A stretch of DNA of 64,000 nucleotides from Bryobacteraceae bacterium (GTDB lineage Bacteria; Acidobacteriota; Terriglobia; Bryobacterales; Bryobacteraceae). Made by a program: the position numbers and the translations under genes. Under the pieces are notes generated by a model. That model was not told the DNA's origin, did no database searches, and saw only the letters and a list, made by a program, of their open reading frames with translations. Positions 8,149 to 18,340 of this stretch are shown piece by piece. Positions within the stretch are counted from its first letter, which is position 1; each line of letters opens with the position of its first letter. The DNA lies in contig CAVYPH010000013.1 in assembly GCA_963770345.1 (NCBI GenBank), forward strand, positions 140,280-204,279, given 5' to 3'.

Positions 8149-9521
8149 ATGAAACCCATTCTTTTACTGCTGGCCGGCGCGCTGGCCGCCTCGGCAACCG
8201 AACCGAAGGAACTACAGTGGCAGGGTTGGTCCGACGGCGTATTCGCTCAGGCGAAACACGAGCATCGCTTTGTCCTGTTAGATTTGCAGGCGGTGTGGTG
8301 CCATTGGTGCCACGTGATGGATAAGACCACTTACCAGGACCCCACTGTTGTTGCACTCCTGCAGTCCAATTACATTGCAGTCCGTGTGGACCAGGACTCG
8401 CGTCCGGATCTCGCCAGCCGCTATGAGGATTATGGCTGGCCGGCGACAGTCGTCTACGACGGCAACGGCAAGGAGATTGTCAGGCGTTCGGGCTATCTTG
8501 CGCCAGGAGTTGATGAATAACTATCGGCTTCAGTACGACGCGAAGCAGGGAAGTTGGGGGCTCGACCAGAAATATCTCGAATGGAATTCCGTCGAATACT
8601 CAATGGAGCTGGCGCGGCAGGGCGACAAACAGGCGGAGCGCATGGCCCGAGTCACTCTTACGAAACAGCTCAACCTGCTCGATCCGGCGTGGGGCGGCGT
8701 TTACCAATATTCAACCGATGGCGACTGGAAGCATCCGCATTTCGAAAAGATCATGCTGATGCAGTCGCAGAATCTGCGCCTGTACGCGCTGGCCTATGCA
8801 CAGTGGCGCGATCCTGCATACGGCAGGCGAAATCGCCCGCTATCTGAAGACATTTCTTGCTAGTCCCGATGGGGTATTCTAGACAAGCCAGGATGCCGAT
8901 CTCGTCGAGGGCGTGCACAGCGCCGCCTATTTCCATTTGAACGATCGCGGCCGGCGCAAACTCGGAATTCCACGTGTCGACAAGCACATCTATTCGCGTG
9001 AAAACGGTTGGGCGATTGCAGCGTTGGCCACGCTTTATTCAGCCACTCAGGAAAAGGAATATCTCGACGAAGCCGTGGGCGCGGCTAATTGGATCGCGGC
9101 TAATCGCACGCTCGGCGAAGGCGGATTCCGGCATGATGAGAAGGACCCTGCGGGCCCATATCTTTCAGACACGCTGGCTATGGGCCGAGCCTTTCTTACG
9201 CTCTATTACTCAACGCAAGATAGTACTTGGCTAGAGCGTACGCGAACGGCCGCAGGCTTCATGCAGGCGAATTTTCGATCACCGGATGACCTGGGTTTTC
9301 TCACCGCCAAAACGCCGACCGATCAGGCCTATAGGCCGCATCCCGAACGCGATGAAAACATTGAGATGGTTCGGTTCTGCAATCAGCTTTTTCACGTGAC
9401 CAATGACGCGAAGTTCGAAGCCGCTGCGCGATCCGCAATGCGCTATGCCGCTACACCGGAAATCGCCAGGAGGTTCCCTTCGGCTGCTGTGCTGTTATCA
9501 GAGCTATCTGAAGCGAGGTAA
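8149..9521 (+). pseudogene. Thioredoxin-domain protein (DUF255/YyaL-like) disrupted by 2 frameshifts and 1 TAG
   Basis: Segment 1: signal peptide plus LDLQAVWCHWCHVMDKTTYQDP..VRVDQDSRPDL..YGWPATVVYD (frame 1, to ~8505). Segment 2: QELMNNYRLQYDAKQGSWG..DPAWGGVYQYSTDGDWKHPHFEKIMLMQSQNLRLYALAY (frame 2, to ~8818). Segment 3: TAGEIARYLKTFLASPDGVF-TAG(8880-8882)-TSQDADLVEG..ENGWAIAALATLY... to 9521 (frame 0). Confidence 0.8.
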
Positions 9522-9636
9522 GGTCTAAGCTGTATCTCGGTACTGGTAATTCATAGCCAATCTAAGATCGCTTGCCCATGGTACGGCCATCCATAAAGAG
9601 CTAGTGTAGAACCTGACGGGAATCGAGGGTCCCGGT

Positions 9637-11922
9637 ATGGATTGTTTGCGTTGCGGTACAAAGCTCGCGATCTTAAACCGCATCTCGGGCGGCGCGTTTT
9701 GCTCGCCGGAACACCGCACGCAGTTTCTCGCCCACCAAGACGAAGTGATGTTAGGCCGTCTCAAGGCGCAAGCGGGGCGGCTGAAAAAGATTCGCGCTCC
9801 GATTCCAGGTTCTCTCGGTGAGCTTATCGCCATTTGTCCTTATATGGGGCAAATGGAAGGCTACCCTTCGAGTGAAGCGCTGCCCAGCGTCTTTCAGGGA
9901 TTCAACGGATTTCCACCGGTAATCATCGCAGCCGGCACTCCGGCGCCGCCGGTCACGGTTCAAATTCCGGCAGCATCGTTCCAGTTCACGCGGCTCAACG
10001 CCAGCAACGTACCGGACGCACTTCCGCCAATCGCGGCACTCGATTCCGAACACTCGACGATCTTTCTTCCGATAACCCGACGCGCGGTTGTCGAGCCGAC
10101 TCCGCGGCTACTGCATGAGCTGTTTGCAGCGAGAGCGCTGACCGCAATCGGACCGCGGACTGTGAGTGTCAAGGCCGGCCCTAGTCCGGCGGCGCTGATG
10201 TCGGCTGTCCTCTTTCCGTCCTCACAACTGCCGCAGTGGGTCGAAAAGGATTTCCCGGTGTCGCCTTTCCTGCCGGCGCGCGTGGCCATCGCATACTCCG
10301 GCAGCGATATTCCCACCGGTCTCGAGCCAGTGGGCTTTACGTGCTTGATGATGGCGCCCGCATCGCGGAAGATCGCGCCATCGCTCGATTTATGTAGCCG
10401 GTTTGCGCAAATTCGAGTGCGGGCGGCTCAGCCGCAGCTCGACTCCCTGAAGCCAGCGGACTTATCCGATTGGAGCGTGGAAGAGCCAGCCAATCTGCCC
10501 GCGCCAAGAACCTCCGCGCTCGTCTTCACTCCGCGATTTGGAGCGATGATTCTGCTGCCCCCAACGAGCAGCCTGTCGGCTCCTGGAACCCTGCCGATCG
10601 CCTCACAGGCGTTGCCTCTGCCTTCCAGGGCGCCACTCTGGAGTCTTCACCCGAAGACGGCGCCAGGGACATCCGCGATTATCTTCACTCCGCGATTCGG
10701 TGCGATGATTCACGTGCCTCCAACGAGCAGCCTGTCGGATCCCGGAACCCTGCCGATCGCCTCACAAGCGTTGCCTCTGCCTTCCAGCGCGCCATTCTGG
10801 AGTCTTCACCCGAAGACGGCGTTTCTTAGTCTTGAATTTTCGAATCGCATCGCGGCCTATCGATTTTTCGCTCGCAGTTCCGGCGCGAAGAAGCTTTCCA
10901 TAAATGCCGTAACCACGTTGCATGCCGACCCGGTGGTATTCACGCCATCGATGAGCATCGCTGCTCCGGGCCCGGCGGTTTGCAGCGCGGTGGTAACTTC
11001 GTTTACCGCGGTTGAACACCCGGAGAAAATGTCCAGGCAGATTGCTTCACTGCCGCCGGACATTTCGATGGTAGGGCCGGGGTTGGCGTCTTGTGTGATG
11101 CCCAGCGCGATGCCGGCAATGGCAGAGACCACGCAGAGTATCCGGTTACCGGAAGCGGTAGGCCCGCACGATTTGAGGGCTGAGGAGCCTCTTCAGTTCG
11201 AGCGAAAAACTTTGAAGCCGGATTTCAAAGTCATTTCGGTTCGTTCACAGGCCAAAATCCCGGAACCCTCGCGGCGTTGGTGGGCGCTGGTGCCGATGCC
11301 CGCTCAGAGAGTGTTGATGGCTCTCCCGATCCTTGTGGGAATCAGCGTTTACTTCCTGGGCGGAAAGGCATCCACGGCGGCGGCCAAGCGGCTTCCGATG
11401 AGTCCTGTTTCTGAAAGCTTCGCGGCTGGCCTGAAATCGTGGGATGGAGCAGCCGGCTGGTCGAAAACGTGGAAGAACGATCCTGAAGCCGGCGCCGAAC
11501 CCGGTTCACTGGCTCTGCTCACCACGACGCAACCGTTCGCGGACTACGAACTGGGTTTCAACGGCGCGATTGAGAAGAAGAGCATGGGATTCGCGGTGCG
11601 CGCGGCCGACCTGAAGAATTATTATGCGGTGAAGATCTCGTATCGTAAGTCGGGCAAGAATCCAGGCTTGTATATCGTCAGATATCCGGTGATCGCGGGA
11701 AAGAGCGAGAAGCCAACGGAAGTGCCACTTCGCGTCGAAATGAACCCCGAAGCGGAGATGCAAGTGAAATTAGATGTAAGTGGTGACACGTACACGCTCT
11801 CGGTTGGTGGTCAGGTCGCTGATTCCTGGAATGAAGCCCGGCTCACCCATGGCGCAATCGGATTTTTTGCCGCCAAGGATGAACGTTTCCGCGTGCATAA
11901 TGTCAACGTAATTCCCGAATAG
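9637..11922 (+). CDS. Large membrane-anchored hypothetical protein (N-terminal zinc ribbon, repeat region, C-terminal beta-sandwich-like domain)
   Basis: MDCLRCGTKLAILNRISGGAFCSPEHR zinc ribbon. TM helix WWALVPMPAQRVLMALPILVGISVYFLG. The C-terminal GFAVRAADLKNYYAVKISY...GAIGFFAAKDERFRVHNVNV resembles LamG/DUF1080-type jelly rolls; that resemblance is inferred. Confidence 0.6.
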   Translation: MDCLRCGTKLAILNRISGGAFCSPEHRTQFLAHQDEVMLGRLKAQAGRLKKIRAPIPGSLGELIAICPYMGQMEGYPSSEALPSVFQGFNGFPPVIIAAGTPAPPVTVQIPAASFQFTRLNASNVPDALPPIAALDSEHSTIFLPITRRAVVEPTPRLLHELFAARALTAIGPRTVSVKAGPSPAALMSAVLFPSSQLPQWVEKDFPVSPFLPARVAIAYSGSDIPTGLEPVGFTCLMMAPASRKIAPSLDLCSRFAQIRVRAAQPQLDSLKPADLSDWSVEEPANLPAPRTSALVFTPRFGAMILLPPTSSLSAPGTLPIASQALPLPSRAPLWSLHPKTAPGTSAIIFTPRFGAMIHVPPTSSLSDPGTLPIASQALPLPSSAPFWSLHPKTAFLSLEFSNRIAAYRFFARSSGAKKLSINAVTTLHADPVVFTPSMSIAAPGPAVCSAVVTSFTAVEHPEKMSRQIASLPPDISMVGPGLASCVMPSAMPAMAETTQSIRLPEAVGPHDLRAEEPLQFERKTLKPDFKVISVRSQAKIPEPSRRWWALVPMPAQRVLMALPILVGISVYFLGGKASTAAAKRLPMSPVSESFAAGLKSWDGAAGWSKTWKNDPEAGAEPGSLALLTTTQPFADYELGFNGAIEKKSMGFAVRAADLKNYYAVKISYRKSGKNPGLYIVRYPVIAGKSEKPTEVPLRVEMNPEAEMQVKLDVSGDTYTLSVGGQVADSWNEARLTHGAIGFFAAKDERFRVHNVNVIPE
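10510..10827 (+). repeat. Tandem duplication of a 159-nt (53-codon) coding unit, 2 copies
   Basis: TSALVFTPRFGAMILLPPTSSLSAPGTLPIASQALPLPSRAPLWSLHPKTAPG is followed by TSAIIFTPRFGAMIHVPPTSSLSDPGTLPIASQALPLPSSAPFWSLHPKTA. Nucleotide identity looks high by eye. Confidence 0.85.
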
Positions 11923-11946
11923 AAATTGCTGCGCTAACATAACGGC

Positions 11947-13083
11947 ATGCAGACCCGCCGCGAATTTCTCTCGTCTGCCGCGGCGGCAGCCGCTTTCCCG
12001 GTGGCCTTGTCGCAGAAAGCGTCCGCCGCCCCGGACGACGCCACCGGCGAATGGCGGAATAAGCAACCGGGCATGGCTTATCGCAAGCTCGGCCGCACCG
12101 GATTTTATGTGTCCGAGATCGTGATGGGCGGCAACACTATCGCGCCGGATAATTACAAACACGTGCTGTCCGCGCTCGACCGTGGACTGAACTATCTGGA
12201 CACAGCCCCGGCGTACGGCGAAGGCAAGAGCGAACAGGGATATGCGCAGGTGCTCAAAGAGCGGCCGCGCGATCAGTTTTTCCTCAACACGAAGATCAGT
12301 ATCTGGGACACCAACCGGGCGCAGATTTATCGCAGCATCTTCGACGGACTACCAGGCGCGGAGCAGGACCGCTTACGCTCTAAAACACAAGACGAGATCG
12401 ACGAAAGCAAGGTGGCGCGGCCCGATTATTTCGTTGGCTACTTCGAGGGCCAGCGCCAGGAATTGGAAGACGCGACGCTGGCCAATGTGATGGAGAAAGA
12501 GTTCGGACGCCAGATCAACCGCGCCACGAACTACAAGGACATTATTATCAGGTCGCTCGACCAGAGCCTGAAGCGGCTTGGTACCGACCACGTGGATCTG
12601 ATGACCTGTCCGCATGGCGCCAACACGCCTTATGAGCTGAAGAACTACCCGGAGATTTTTGAGGCGTTCGAGATTCTTAAGAAGGCGGGCAAAGTCCGCC
12701 ACCTGAGTGTTTCGGCGCATACCGATCCGGCCGGCGTCATCAATGCGGCGATCGGCACCGGGATGTATTCCGCCTGCATGGTGGCCTACAACGTTGTGAA
12801 CGCGAATTACGTTCAGAACGCGATTGCTCGTGCGAACAAGAGCGATATGGGCGTGATCGCCATGAAAGCGGCGCGGCCAGTATTTCCTGGACCGGGTGGC
12901 GGAGAGCCGAATCCCGCGGGCTTGAAGAGGCTGGACGCGGAGGTTCCAGGGCCACTGAGCGTCCCGAAGAAGGCTTATCTCTGGGCGCTAAAAAATCCGA
13001 ACTTGACGGCCGTGATTTCAGAAATGGTGAATCAGAAATTAGTCGACGAGAACATGCCGCTAGCGGCGCCGAAACAGCAGTAG
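11947..13083 (+). CDS. Aldo/keto reductase with twin-arginine signal
   Basis: MQTRREFLSSAAAAAAFPVALS is a Tat-like signal. YRKLGRTGFYVSEIVMGG..LDRGLNYLDTAPAYGEGKSE is the AKR signature. Confidence 0.8.
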   Translation: MQTRREFLSSAAAAAAFPVALSQKASAAPDDATGEWRNKQPGMAYRKLGRTGFYVSEIVMGGNTIAPDNYKHVLSALDRGLNYLDTAPAYGEGKSEQGYAQVLKERPRDQFFLNTKISIWDTNRAQIYRSIFDGLPGAEQDRLRSKTQDEIDESKVARPDYFVGYFEGQRQELEDATLANVMEKEFGRQINRATNYKDIIIRSLDQSLKRLGTDHVDLMTCPHGANTPYELKNYPEIFEAFEILKKAGKVRHLSVSAHTDPAGVINAAIGTGMYSACMVAYNVVNANYVQNAIARANKSDMGVIAMKAARPVFPGPGGGEPNPAGLKRLDAEVPGPLSVPKKAYLWALKNPNLTAVISEMVNQKLVDENMPLAAPKQQ

Positions 13084-13830
13084 ATCCAGACTGAAGGTCA
13101 CTCGCATCGCTTCGGCCAGCTTCGATTGCATCGGGCGGTAAATGGAATGCAGGACGTCCTGAACGGCGGCTGCGTCGAGATCGGCAGTAGTGGTGACACG
13201 GCGTTGATCGGCCAGTATGAAACCCTGCGCAAATGTCTCTACGGTCCGGGCGACACGATCGGGGCCGGCGCCTCGGAGCTCGATGAGATCCTGGGGCGCC
13301 GGGAGAGCGACGAGGAGGCGGCCGCCGTCACGGACGACCCGCGCGAATTCGCCCGCATTCATACGCGCTGTGATCGACAGGACAATGGAGAACGAACGAT
13401 CGCTATACGGCACGAAGCGGTCGGCATTGGCCACGATCCATTCACAGCCGGGATAGCGGCGGGCTGCCGCATCGACGGCAGGAATCGAGATGTCGACTCC
13501 GTGCGCGACGAAGCCGGTCTGGCCAGCCAGCGAACCGAGGTAGAAGCCATCACCACAGCCCGCGTCCAGCACAGTATCGTATTCGGCCGCGGCAATCATG
13601 TCGGCGATTGCGCCGAGAATAGTCGCCGTCACGCCGCTGTCGTGCAAACGCCGCCGTCCAGCGACAGCAGCCGGAGTATCACCGGGCTTCTTGGATCGCC
13701 GTTCCTGCGGCTGGAGCAGGTTGATGTATCCACTTCGCGCGATATCAAAGGAATGTTCGCGGGCGCAAAGGAGCCGGCGCCCTTCGCGCACCAGCGCCAG
13801 GCGGCAGTCACGGACCGGGCATAAGAGCAT
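13060..13830 (-). CDS. rlmA: RlmA-like 23S rRNA (guanine-N1)-methyltransferase, class I SAM MTase with N-terminal zinc finger
   Basis: LLCPVRDCRLAL..LLCAREHSFDIARSGYINLLQP followed by the SAM motif VLDAGCGDGFY. Confidence 0.65.
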   Translation of the reverse strand: MLLCPVRDCRLALVREGRRLLCAREHSFDIARSGYINLLQPQERRSKKPGDTPAAVAGRRRLHDSGVTATILGAIADMIAAAEYDTVLDAGCGDGFYLGSLAGQTGFVAHGVDISIPAVDAAARRYPGCEWIVANADRFVPYSDRSFSIVLSITARMNAGEFARVVRDGGRLLVALPAPQDLIELRGAGPDRVARTVETFAQGFILADQRRVTTTADLDAAAVQDVLHSIYRPMQSKLAEAMRVTFSLDLLLFRRR

Positions 13831-15629
13831 CAGGTGGTTGCTTCGACCGTGTCGCCTTCGCCCGGCGCGAGAAACAGATTTGCTTCCAGTCCATGCTGGC
13901 GGTTGTATAGATCGAAGTAGCGCCCTTCGGCTGCGTAGAGCGAGCCGTGCGTGCCGCGCTCGAGGATGCGGCCTTCTTCCACCACGAGAATCTGATCCGC
14001 TCGTCGAATGGTGGAAAGACGGTGGGCGATAACGAATGTTGTCCGGCCTTTCATCAGGAACGACAGACCTTCCTGGATCAACTGCTCCGACTCGGAGTCG
14101 AGGCTGGAGGTCGCTTCGTCGAGGATCAGGATTCGCGGGTCCGCCAGAATGGCTCGTGCGATGGAGACTCGCTGTTTCTGGCCGCCCGACAGTTTCACGC
14201 CGCGTTCGCCGACGATGGTGTCGTATTTCTCCGCGAAGCGTTCGGCGAATTCGTCCACGCGCGCGATGCGGCAGACACGCATGACGTCTGCTTCGGTGGC
14301 GCCGGGCCTTGCGAATGCGATGTTTTCGCGAATGGTGCCGTCAAAGAGAAACGTATCCTGCAGGACGACTCCGATCTGCGTGCGGTAGGAGTTGAGCCGC
14401 GCCGTGGAAAGGTCGACTCCATCCACCAGCACTTTGCCCTCTAACGGCTTGTAGAATGCAGCGACGAGACCGATGATCGTCGACTTGCCTGAGCCCGACG
14501 ACCCGACGAGAGCGGTGACCGTGCCGGGGTCCGAACGGAAGCTTACGTTGTGCAGAACCGTTTTGCCTTTCTCGTACTCGAATGTCACGTCGTCGAAGAC
14601 AACAGTGCCGTCGATTACGCCCAGCGAGACGTTCCGGTGCGGGTCGGCGTCTTCCTTGCTTTCGTTCAGGATCTCGCGGGTTCGGTCCAGGCCTGCCATG
14701 GCTTCGGTGATCTGAGTGCCGATTTGCACGATCTGGAATACCGGCGCCACGAGAAACGCCAGGAATGCGGTAAAGGTGACGAATTCACCGAGCGTCAAAG
14801 TGTGCGCCAGGATCTTGTGTGCGCCTACGAACATGACCACCGAACCGACAATTCCCATTAAAACTGTGGCGGACAGACTCATCAGCGACATGGCGGTGAG
14901 CGATTGGAGAATGTTGTTCAGGAGCCGCCCTACGCCCCGGCCGAAAACCTGCTCTTCCCGTTCTTCAGCGTGATATCCCTTGACTACTCGGACGCCGCCT
15001 AGCGATTCGGTCAACCGGCCGGTGACTTCCGACTGAATCTTGCCTCGTTCGCGGAAGATGGGCCGTATTTTCGCGAAGGCCTTCCACAAGGCCAGGCCGA
15101 ACAGAATCACGGCGGCGGCGGAGAGCCCGGTCATCAGCGCACTGATGCGAATGAGGATGACCAACGCCATGACTGCCGTTAGAAGGCCGCCGAGAAATTC
15201 CACCAGGCCGGTACCGATCAGGTTGCGGACACCTTCTACGTCGGTCATGATTCGCGAGACTAAAGCTCCGGTCTTGTTCGAGTCGAAGTAAGTCAGGGGC
15301 AAGCGTCCGATGTGAGCCTGGACCTTCTGGCGGAGCTCGGCGATCAGGCGCTGTCCGGCTTTGGAGAGCAACTGGGTGAGCGAGAAAGAGGTTACACCTT
15401 GAATGACGGTGGCCAGCGCGACCATGAGCACCAGAGGATTAAGCTTCTGAATGTCGTTCTTGCCGATAACGTCGTCAACTAAAAACTTGGTGGAGTAAGG
15501 CAGCACCAGGCCACTGACGCGGTTGATCACCATCAGTATCAGGCCGACGCCGATGAGCGCCCGGCGTGGACGAACTAATTCCCAGATATCCGGAAGCAGT
15601 TTCCGGATTTCAACCTTCTTTGCGGGCAT
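13830..15629 (-). CDS. ABC transporter permease/ATP-binding fusion (MsbA-type exporter)
   Basis: Six-TM N-terminal domain. Walker A GSSGSGKST, signature LSGGQKQRVSIARAIL and Walker B ILILDEATSSLD are all present. Confidence 0.9.
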   Translation of the reverse strand: MPAKKVEIRKLLPDIWELVRPRRALIGVGLILMVINRVSGLVLPYSTKFLVDDVIGKNDIQKLNPLVLMVALATVIQGVTSFSLTQLLSKAGQRLIAELRQKVQAHIGRLPLTYFDSNKTGALVSRIMTDVEGVRNLIGTGLVEFLGGLLTAVMALVILIRISALMTGLSAAAVILFGLALWKAFAKIRPIFRERGKIQSEVTGRLTESLGGVRVVKGYHAEEREEQVFGRGVGRLLNNILQSLTAMSLMSLSATVLMGIVGSVVMFVGAHKILAHTLTLGEFVTFTAFLAFLVAPVFQIVQIGTQITEAMAGLDRTREILNESKEDADPHRNVSLGVIDGTVVFDDVTFEYEKGKTVLHNVSFRSDPGTVTALVGSSGSGKSTIIGLVAAFYKPLEGKVLVDGVDLSTARLNSYRTQIGVVLQDTFLFDGTIRENIAFARPGATEADVMRVCRIARVDEFAERFAEKYDTIVGERGVKLSGGQKQRVSIARAILADPRILILDEATSSLDSESEQLIQEGLSFLMKGRTTFVIAHRLSTIRRADQILVVEEGRILERGTHGSLYAAEGRYFDLYNRQHGLEANLFLAPGEGDTVEATT

Positions 15630-15650
15630 ATCCTATATGATGCCTTGAAT

Positions 15651-17429
15651 TCATTGCGGGATGCGACCTTGAATGCCGGCGCGGTACAGCGCCGGTAGTC
15701 CGATACCCCGGCTGCAATCGCTGGCGAAGATGATCGCCTGCGAATTCAGCTCCCAGGCGGGATCGAAGCTGTTGCAGTTCCCGCCGGTCAACTGCGTCTC
15801 TGTTCCTTGGATCAGATTTCGCAGCCGGATCTGACTGGCGCCGGTTTGTGTAGAAGTGAACGCTACCCATCTGCCGTCGGGTGATGTGACCGGGTCCGGC
15901 TGCGGGCGGCGGCTGGGCGCGGTTTGCAGCTTTCCGGTGGCTGGGTCGAGGAGCATTACGGTAGAAGTCCTGTGCGCTACGAGTTCGAATTCGATAGGGC
16001 CATCGGGCGAAAGCGCTATGGGATGCAGGGCTTCGCCTTCGAACGGGAATTGGTCGATTCGGCCGTCGTGCAACCAGCGCAGGACGTAGTGGCCTGGTCC
16101 TATGGATTCGTACACGATGCCTGACCGGAGCACGGCTGGGGATGACGAATAGATCGCTCCTTGTTGGACTGCGATACGTTCCCAGTGTTGGCCGGGTTCC
16201 CGGCGATAGGCGGCGAGACTGTGTCCAGCGGCGATCAGGGCGATCAGGATCGCGGCGGCCGTTGCGGTGACGACCGGTTTCCAGCTTAGCAAGCGCCAGT
16301 AATAGTGTCCGGCGAAAATGAAAAGCGCCAATACCAGCCACACTTTCGGGAAGAGGCTCATCGGGATGGTGAGCAGGATGTAGAGGGCGAGTAGCACCGG
16401 TTTTTCCCAGGGCTTCGCGTCGTCCAGTAGCAGGGTTATTGGGAGGAGCAGAAGGGTGAACGTGTAGGACGCTGTGTTGGGCGACGCCAGGAGGATTGCT
16501 ATGAAGAACCAGGCGAAGTCACGGGCCGGCGTGTTTGAGCGGCGGAGCGCGAGGAGCGGAATGATCAGAATCAGGAGCGTAACCAACGGCCGGAGAAAGA
16601 AGAACATCCACGGGGCGTTCCAGAGTGGATGCGGATTGAGCTCCGGCTCCGTGACGAAGGCGCGGCGGAGTAGTGTGGCGAACGTTCCGTTGCCCGTGTT
16701 GTAGGGGTCGAGCGTTTCTCCTTCGAGGGCGCGCGGGAGAATTTGTGTGGCGAAATATACGATGTCGTGCCAGCCGAACATTGCAATCGCAACACCAGTG
16801 AGGCATAGCGCTGCGACGACTATTCCGGCAGCGTCCTTCCATCGGCGCTTCGCCGCGAAATAGAGGAGGAACGGCGCGCCGTATAGTTTCAGCGCAAGGG
16901 CCACTCCGAACAGAAACGACTGAGAGTAGAAGGCTAGTGTGACGAGAAATAGGAGGAAGACGTAGTATTGTCCGAGCAGAAAGTTGGTGTGCAGCGATCC
17001 CCATCCGCAGAACGCCAGCAGGGCGACTTGGGCGAGGGTGAATCGCGTGAGACGCGATAACATCCAGACCGTCGCCCCTAGAAACACGAGATTCAGGAGC
17101 AGCCAGATGCGTTTGGCCGTCTGGACCGGGAAGCCGGCGATCGGGATCAGGGGCAGCATAGTCAGCGGCGTTTGTGGGATATATCCGCCGAGCTGATTCT
17201 CGATGCCGGCGTAGTTCATCTGCCGTTGGAACCAGGTCCAGTTGTAATAGTCGTGTAGCGGCGCTCCTTTTCTTGCGAGGACCGCCCCGGTGTAGTAGTT
17301 CGGAAAATCGGTTTCCGCGCGGGTCCATCCAGAACGAAACGACGTGGCGAGGAAGACGGCTAGAGCCGCGAACGCGATGACACGCACTGAAATATGGTAC
17401 TGTGTCGGCGAGGAGCGAATCGATGGCAC
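15651..17429 (-). CDS. Polytopic GT-C-like (DUF2029-like) membrane glycosyltransferase fused to a C-terminal PD40/TolB-like beta-propeller
   Basis: About 400 aa of multi-TM sequence (DFPNYYTGAVLARKG...). The C-terminus has SPDGPIEFEL, SPDGRWVAFTSTQTGASQIRL and DPAWELNSQAIIFASD, which are PD40-like repeats. Start is uncertain. Confidence 0.55.
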   Translation of the reverse strand: MPSIRSSPTQYHISVRVIAFAALAVFLATSFRSGWTRAETDFPNYYTGAVLARKGAPLHDYYNWTWFQRQMNYAGIENQLGGYIPQTPLTMLPLIPIAGFPVQTAKRIWLLLNLVFLGATVWMLSRLTRFTLAQVALLAFCGWGSLHTNFLLGQYYVFLLFLVTLAFYSQSFLFGVALALKLYGAPFLLYFAAKRRWKDAAGIVVAALCLTGVAIAMFGWHDIVYFATQILPRALEGETLDPYNTGNGTFATLLRRAFVTEPELNPHPLWNAPWMFFFLRPLVTLLILIIPLLALRRSNTPARDFAWFFIAILLASPNTASYTFTLLLLPITLLLDDAKPWEKPVLLALYILLTIPMSLFPKVWLVLALFIFAGHYYWRLLSWKPVVTATAAAILIALIAAGHSLAAYRREPGQHWERIAVQQGAIYSSSPAVLRSGIVYESIGPGHYVLRWLHDGRIDQFPFEGEALHPIALSPDGPIEFELVAHRTSTVMLLDPATGKLQTAPSRRPQPDPVTSPDGRWVAFTSTQTGASQIRLRNLIQGTETQLTGGNCNSFDPAWELNSQAIIFASDCSRGIGLPALYRAGIQGRIPQ

Positions 17430-18304
17430 TTTGCACCAGACGTAATTTCCTTAAGTCGAGCCTGGCTGTTACTGCCATGAGCTCAATGGCTTCCGCGGCG
17501 GTGAAGAGGACCGCGACCGACTGGGTGACTCTGGGTAACTCGGGCGTCAAGGTCACGCGGCTCGCGTTCGGCACCGGCACTTATGGCGGCCGAGTCCAAC
17601 GCGAACTGGGACAAGAAGACTTTACCCGGCTTGTGCGTCACGCATACGATCGCGGCATCCGGTTCTTCGAAACGGCCGAGAGTTATCACGGCCTGCCGGA
17701 GATGCTTGGAATCGCACTGAAGGGCATCCCGCGCGATAACTACAAACTGATGACGAAGTACACTGTTCACGAGGATGAAGATCCAAGCACCAAAATCGAT
17801 ATGTTCCGGAAGCAGTTGAATGCGGAGTATTTCGACATTCTTCTTCTGCATTGCATGCGCCAACCGACCTGGTCGGATGACATGAAGCGGCTGCAGGAAG
17901 GTTTCTCGGAATCGAAGAGTAAGAAGGTGATTCTGGCTCATGGCGCTTCCGTTCATGGGTTGCCGGCGCTTAGGACGTTCCCTGGCAACAAGTGGTTGGA
18001 CATTGCCATGATCCGCATGAACCACAACGGCACTCGCATGGACATCGACAATGTCAAAGAGGCCGACCTCCCTGGCAAGGTCGATGAGGTGGTCGCGACT
18101 ACTCGCAAGATGAAGGCCCAGGGCGCCGGCGTCATCAGCATGAAGCTGGTGGGCGAGGGCCGCTTCACTCGCGCGGAAGATCGGGACGCGGCCATGAAAT
18201 TCGCCATGAACCTTGGGTCGGTGGATTGCGTGACGCTGGGGTTCAAGAACACCGGCGAGATCGATGAAGCGATCGACCGCATGAGCCGCGTGATGAACAT
18301 CTAG
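17423..18304 (+). CDS. Aldo/keto reductase with twin-arginine signal
   Basis: MALCTRRNFLKSSLAVTAMSSMASA is a Tat-like signal. VTLGNSGVKVTRLAFGTG..AYDRGIRFFETAESY is the AKR signature. The longest ORF starts at 17402. Confidence 0.75.
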   Translation: MALCTRRNFLKSSLAVTAMSSMASAAVKRTATDWVTLGNSGVKVTRLAFGTGTYGGRVQRELGQEDFTRLVRHAYDRGIRFFETAESYHGLPEMLGIALKGIPRDNYKLMTKYTVHEDEDPSTKIDMFRKQLNAEYFDILLLHCMRQPTWSDDMKRLQEGFSESKSKKVILAHGASVHGLPALRTFPGNKWLDIAMIRMNHNGTRMDIDNVKEADLPGKVDEVVATTRKMKAQGAGVISMKLVGEGRFTRAEDRDAAMKFAMNLGSVDCVTLGFKNTGEIDEAIDRMSRVMNI

Positions 18305-18340
18305 GGCCGCGAATGAACGCTGATTAACGCGAATAAAAAT

